DNA from: an uncultured virus (IMG/VR IMGVR_UViG_3300023198_000928) | Lineage: Duplodnaviria > Heunggongvirae > Uroviricota > Caudoviricetes | Direction: 5' to 3' (one strand) | Length of the DNA stretch: 33,887 nt | Virus record (IMG/VR): IMGVR_UViG_3300023198_000928 | Shown here: positions 32,711 through 33,887 of the stretch, in pieces | Layout of the letters: each line of letters opens with the position of its first letter | Position numbering within the stretch: the first letter of the stretch is position 1 | Made by a program: the position numbers and the translations under genes | The notes under the pieces: model-generated | What the model was told of the DNA's origin: nothing | Database searches by the model: none | The model's input: only the letters and a program-made list of their open reading frames with translations

Positions 32711-32986
32711 ATGGAAATTCAAACAACAAAACATCAAGAAGAAAGACCACCTACAAGATTAACCGATTCTAATAATGTACCATTTAATGTAGGTGATACA
32801 GTTGCTTATAATTATATGGGAATGGTTATTAAAGGTAAGATAGTATCATATGAATCAGGTTGGAGAGAAACTAGACCGGGAGTAGATAATAAAATGTGGT
32901 GGAGTATAAAATTTAAAATGGAGGTTAGAAATGAAGAAGGTCATATATCTACTTTAAGTAATCCTAACAGTTTTATAATAATATAG
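32711..32986 (+). CDS. Hypothetical protein (SH3/KOW-like pattern)
   Basis: DSNNVPFNVGDTVAY...GKIV. Confidence 0.65.
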   Translation: MEIQTTKHQEERPPTRLTDSNNVPFNVGDTVAYNYMGMVIKGKIVSYESGWRETRPGVDNKMWWSIKFKMEVRNEEGHISTLSNPNSFIII

Positions 32987-33089
32987 TGTAAAGTGATCAG
33001 TACGTACAATCCTGCAGGTGAGATGGACTAGCTCCAGTACGTGTTAGAAACTGTTTAATGGTAAATGCTCAGACATTCAGCTTTACACT
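32985..33089 (+). ncRNA. Putative structured intergenic RNA
   Basis: Closing stem agtgtaaag/ctttacact; internal tacgtac/gtacgtg helix. Confidence 0.4.
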
Positions 33090-33104
33090 TATATAAATTT
33101 ATTT

Positions 33105-33329
33105 ATGAATAAAAGAATGTTTTTTGATAAGAGAAATGCTAGAAATTTTGCACTATTAGTTAATTCTATAGCAGTAAAAGAACCTAGAGAATCCGTTTAT
33201 AGATTTAGTGTAGTTATTCCCTCCCAAGGGTTAGCCTACACACAATTTAAAACAACCGTCCCTAATGTAAATGAATATGAATTTAACTTATGGTTAACAA
33301 ATATTCGAAATAAGCATAAACTAAACTAA
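33105..33329 (+). CDS. Hypothetical protein
   Basis: 74-aa ORF. Confidence 0.65.
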   Translation: MNKRMFFDKRNARNFALLVNSIAVKEPRESVYRFSVVIPSQGLAYTQFKTTVPNVNEYEFNLWLTNIRNKHKLN

Positions 33330-33335
33330 TTTAAA

Positions 33336-33791
33336 ATGACTGAAGTTAGAACTAGACCTAGAAGAGTAATGAACAATATTCCTAGCAGATTTAAACCAAA
33401 ACCTAAACGTACATTCCAAGAGTTTTGGGTTTTAGACAGTAATGATGAATACCAAAAAATTGAAAAGGTAGTAACATTGATTGATTTTGCTAAATATATG
33501 TTGAAAGATGTTATGCACGCAAATGATTTAAGATTTATAACAAAAGAAAAAAAGAGATTTACTGAGATGTGGAAAGCTTGGTTAATAGGCGATAACCCTA
33601 AGAATAAGGATCTAACCCCTAGGCAATATGCAGATATTATAGCTACAGAGATACTTAGTGGTTATAATATTAAACATAGAAAAGCTAATAGCCATCCTAG
33701 TATGATAGCTTTACCTATTAATAGTAGGTATAAGCAAAGAGTACATTATTGTTTGAAGGTCTTTTTAACGAAGATTATAGAACAAGATTAA
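33336..33791 (+). CDS. Basic hypothetical protein
   Basis: 151-aa ORF followed by a long hairpin (agtccttggcatt/aatgtcaagggct). Confidence 0.7.
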   Translation: MTEVRTRPRRVMNNIPSRFKPKPKRTFQEFWVLDSNDEYQKIEKVVTLIDFAKYMLKDVMHANDLRFITKEKKRFTEMWKAWLIGDNPKNKDLTPRQYADIIATEILSGYNIKHRKANSHPSMIALPINSRYKQRVHYCLKVFLTKIIEQD

Positions 33792-33887
33792 ATATAAGTC
33801 CTTGGCATTTTTATAATTATACTAACGTTGATTCTATTTTGAACTAATGTCAAGGGCTGATTTAATTATTTTTTAGTAATTTTATAT

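Noticed and set aside
32985..33089. SAM-I riboswitch
   Set aside because: Only a loose resemblance (ggtgagatggactagctcc); the core conserved elements were not found.
1..33887. Stop-codon reassignment or suppressor tRNA
   Set aside because: Long ORFs are intact in the standard code, TAG ends recognisable genes such as ferritin, and no CTA or TCA anticodon was found.

Overview
This is an AT-rich segment of a large bacteriophage genome. The host is probably Bacteroidota, based on TANNTTTG-type -7 promoter boxes, A/C-rich start regions with no Shine-Dalgarno and tRNA-Arg genes with TTTGAAT T-loops. GG-motif virion-like proteins suggest a Crassvirales-like lineage (inference). Layout: two minus-strand genes (T5orf172-like nuclease, double-HTH protein); two GG-motif proteins, one a zincin plus lysozyme-like fusion; an array of 25 tRNAs covering all 20 amino acids (4313-9180); a GC-richer non-coding transition (about 9680-10000); and a long plus-strand accessory region. 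That region encodes MYG1, an alphaCTD-like protein, ferritin, vWA, SPFH, PurA-like and YkgJ proteins plus many small ORFs. Main finding: the tRNA array is split into three blocks. Each block is preceded by an unannotated 24-28 codon leader ORF with a run of 11-12 codons, all but at most one read by that block's tRNAs and together sampling every elongator tRNA in it. Each leader is followed by an intrinsic terminator whose 5' arm is perfectly complementary (8-10 bp) to the distal leader. This looks like trp-style ribosome-mediated attenuation that switches phage tRNA genes on when the matching host tRNAs are depleted. A second candidate system is a roughly 300-nt structured RNA with about 12 heptamer AAAG repeats behind a coiled-coil gene (31133-32079). 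All calls were made by eye; no searches were run.
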